In this document: one piece after another, positions 45,505 to 46,774 of the stretch
Numbering within the stretch: position 1 is the first letter of the stretch
Layout of the letters: every line of letters begins with the position of its first letter
From: Octopus bimaculoides
Lineage: Eukaryota
NCBI RefSeq assembly: GCF_001194135.2
Contig: NC_069004.1
Coordinates: forward strand, 846,023-892,796
Length of the DNA: 46,774 nt
Direction of reading: 5' to 3'
Program-made: the position numbers and the translations under genes
The notes under the pieces: generated by a model
Told to the model about the DNA's origin: nothing
Database searches by the model: none
Seen by the model: the letters and a program-made list of their open reading frames with translations, nothing else

Positions 45505-46278
45505 GTAGTAGTAGTAGTAGTAGTTGCAGCAGCAGCAGCTAATGTAGTTGTCATTGTTAGGAAATTAGGAAATAATCGACCAGACATAACGATTATAGAT
45601 AAGGAAAAGCGAAATTGCTTACTTATCGACCTGTCATGTCCCTTTGATTCTAGGATCGTAAAGAAAGAGGAAGAAAAACAAACCAAAAAAATACAAACCC
45701 CTAAAATTTGAAATAGGAAGAATTTGAAGCATGAGAACAGTAAAGGTGGTGCCAAACTAAAATAATAATAATAATAATAGACTTACGAAACATTCTTCAA
45801 GGATTCTTTGATGTCGAGACCCAACTGGTGAATATACTGCCATTGTTCCTTGTGGACGGGTGGACCAACATTGTCAGCGGTCAATTGAGCCACATCGAAC
45901 ATGAACTGGACAATATAAACCGGAGCTGGGAAAAGAATACAAATACAATCACTATGGTCACTGCGAGGAAGGTGAGGTTCGTATGAAGTTGAACCGTCAA
46001 TGTTTTAGATTGAGCATTCATTACTCGTCGTCGTGGCACTCCGTCGCTTACGACGACGAGGGTTCCAGTTGATCCGATCAATGGAACAGCCTGCTCGTGA
46101 AATTAACGTGCAAATGGCTGAGCACTCCACAGACACGTGTACCCTTAACGTAGTTCTCGGAGAGATGATATACTTACTTTTCAGTGTTGGGTAGAGGCGA
46201 TATCCAAAGTAACAGCGCCACTTTTCACTTTCGGTATAGCGACCTGCACATCTTCTTGGCAGCCGACCATTCCACAGA
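39492..46278 (-). CDS. NOTUM: Notum palmitoleoyl-protein carboxylesterase (Wnt deacylase), 5'-partial, last six exons: complement(join(39492-39763,40521-40645,40972-41130,45332-45379,45787-45925,46178-46278)), about 280 aa
   Basis: The spliced translation LWNGRLPRRC..KWRCYFGYRLYPTLK-TPVYIVQFMFDVAQLTADNV..-AVFAPACMSH..DWNQVTVGQVTLPQSIYCWE..CRRRLVDSCQWPQCNSACPKLVNPLTG matches the Notum C-terminal half as I recall it (human WNGVVPERC, VQWLFDEAQ, FAPACLSH, LVDSCPWPHCNPSCP). All junctions are GT-AG and in phase. The catalytic-Ser exons lie beyond the window. Confidence 0.94.
39920..40220 (-). mobile_element. SINE-like repeat with RTE-type 3' tail, family C, in the last Notum intron
   Basis: High identity to 26563-26860 (ATCATCGTTTAACGTCCGCTTTCCATGCTAGCATG..CTGGATGCCCTTCCTAACGCCAACCACTC). 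Confidence 0.82.
40521..40645 (-). CDS. NOTUM: Notum polybasic-insert exon (SKSPLNEST..KHKKKRKKNKKRRRNRRKRKRKNK)
   Basis: ttttctgcag acceptor, AAG/gtaatt donor, 125 nt; its phase 2 to phase 1 change is required to put the terminal exon in the Notum frame. Confidence 0.88.
40972..41130 (-). CDS. NOTUM: Notum exon (DWNQVTVGQVTLPQSIYCWE plus start of basic insert)
   Basis: ccttgcag acceptor, gtaaga donor, 159 nt; only this frame is open; W..V.....LP....CW motif. Confidence 0.92.
45332..45379 (-). CDS. NOTUM: Notum 48-nt exon with catalytic His (AVFAPACMSHIMLMKR)
   Basis: tatttttcag acceptor, AAG/gtaaga donor; FAPAC..H motif. Confidence 0.94.
45417..45524 (+). repeat. (GTA)n microsatellite; representative of many (TA)n, (CA)n, (GA)n and (CAT)n tracts, densest at 29-33 kb and 35.6-39.5 kb
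   Basis: Direct reading. Confidence 0.95.
45565..45760 (+). mobile_element. Fragment of an R4/Dong/NeSL-type non-LTR retrotransposon (restriction-like endonuclease domain) in a Notum intron
   Basis: NNRPDITIIDKEKRNCLLIDLSCPFDSRIVKKEEEK then, after a frameshift, KYKPLKFEIGRI*SMRTVKVVP; the PD..D..KY motif of REL endonucleases. Confidence 0.8.
45787..45925 (-). CDS. NOTUM: Notum internal exon with catalytic Asp (TPVYIVQFMFDVAQLTADNVGPP..SLKNVS)
   Basis: ttttcccag acceptor, gtaagt donor, 139 nt. Confidence 0.95.
46030..46160 (-). mobile_element. SINE core segment (same family as 31800-31920) occupying about half of a 252-bp Notum intron
   Basis: Reverse complement of the 31800-31920 segment with few mismatches. 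Confidence 0.72.
46178..46278 (-). CDS. NOTUM: Notum internal exon (LWNGRLPRRCAGRYTESEKWRCYFGYRLYPTLK)
   Basis: ttgacag acceptor, gtaagt donor, 101 nt; W.CFFGY..YPTL motif. Confidence 0.95.
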
Positions 46279-46774
46279 CTGTCAAAGTAAGGTGGAATAA
46301 ATGTTATTTACTGACTACGGCAGAGACAAGCAACCAATCCTACTACAAGGGTTACATGTAGCCCTTTTATGGAAATTTTGGTATTAATTCTTTTATTGTT
46401 TATTTTATATATGTATACAAAAACAATTGCAGCAGGGAAGGTGTTTATGAGCCGTTTTAAAAACACAAAATCCGTTAGATTCACTTCAACATTTAAATTT
46501 AATTTTTCAAAATATTTTCGTCGCTTTGAAAACGCGACCTGTTCACTGACAAAATTCTGTGCTGCATCTCATGGTGTCAGTGAGGGGGAGAGGGAGGAGG
46601 GGTCCTGATTTACGGCGAGTTATATAATCTGGTAAGACCGACTGCTAAAGATGACCCGTATTTGGTCTACAGGAACCACTCAACATTTATACCTATTTGC
46701 TATATGTTGCTGTTGGTGGTGGTGGTGGTGGTGGTTGTTTTGATGGTGAGGTTTAGCTTCAGGTCACCTCTGAT

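Noticed and set aside
45641-45648. Perfect TCF site CCTTTGAT in a Notum intron
   Set aside because: It falls inside the retrotransposon endonuclease remnant (CPFD codons), so it is most likely incidental.

Overview
Eukaryotic, AT-rich, microsatellite- and SINE-dense genomic DNA from a gapped scaffold. The repeat landscape suggests an octopus or other coleoid cephalopod; this is inferred, not verified. The window holds two convergent spliced genes that the ORF track mostly misses. (1) A complete 16-exon MORC3/4-like gene on the + strand (CDS 4548-26154, 2514 nt, 837 aa) encodes a GHKL ATPase, S5 fold, CW zinc finger, coiled coils and a SIM/SUMO-rich tail. Its introns 4 and 7 carry U12 (minor spliceosome) signatures. 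(2) The last six exons of a Notum (Wnt deacylase) gene lie on the - strand (46278-39492; the 5' part is beyond the window edge). They retain the catalytic Asp and His and encode a 93-aa polybasic insert with a furin-type site. Every exon junction in both models is GT-AG and phase-consistent by manual translation. The remainder is tRNA-derived SINEs, RTE-tailed SINE-like repeats, mariner, maT-like, Gypsy and R4/Dong-like relics, an 837-bp long-TIR MITE carrying three CRE palindromes, a 322-bp near-perfect palindrome, a SINE-tail-derived minisatellite and eight N gaps. I found no evidence of a new multi-gene system. The most interesting signals are the two minor introns, the Notum basic insert and the dsRNA-forming structures.
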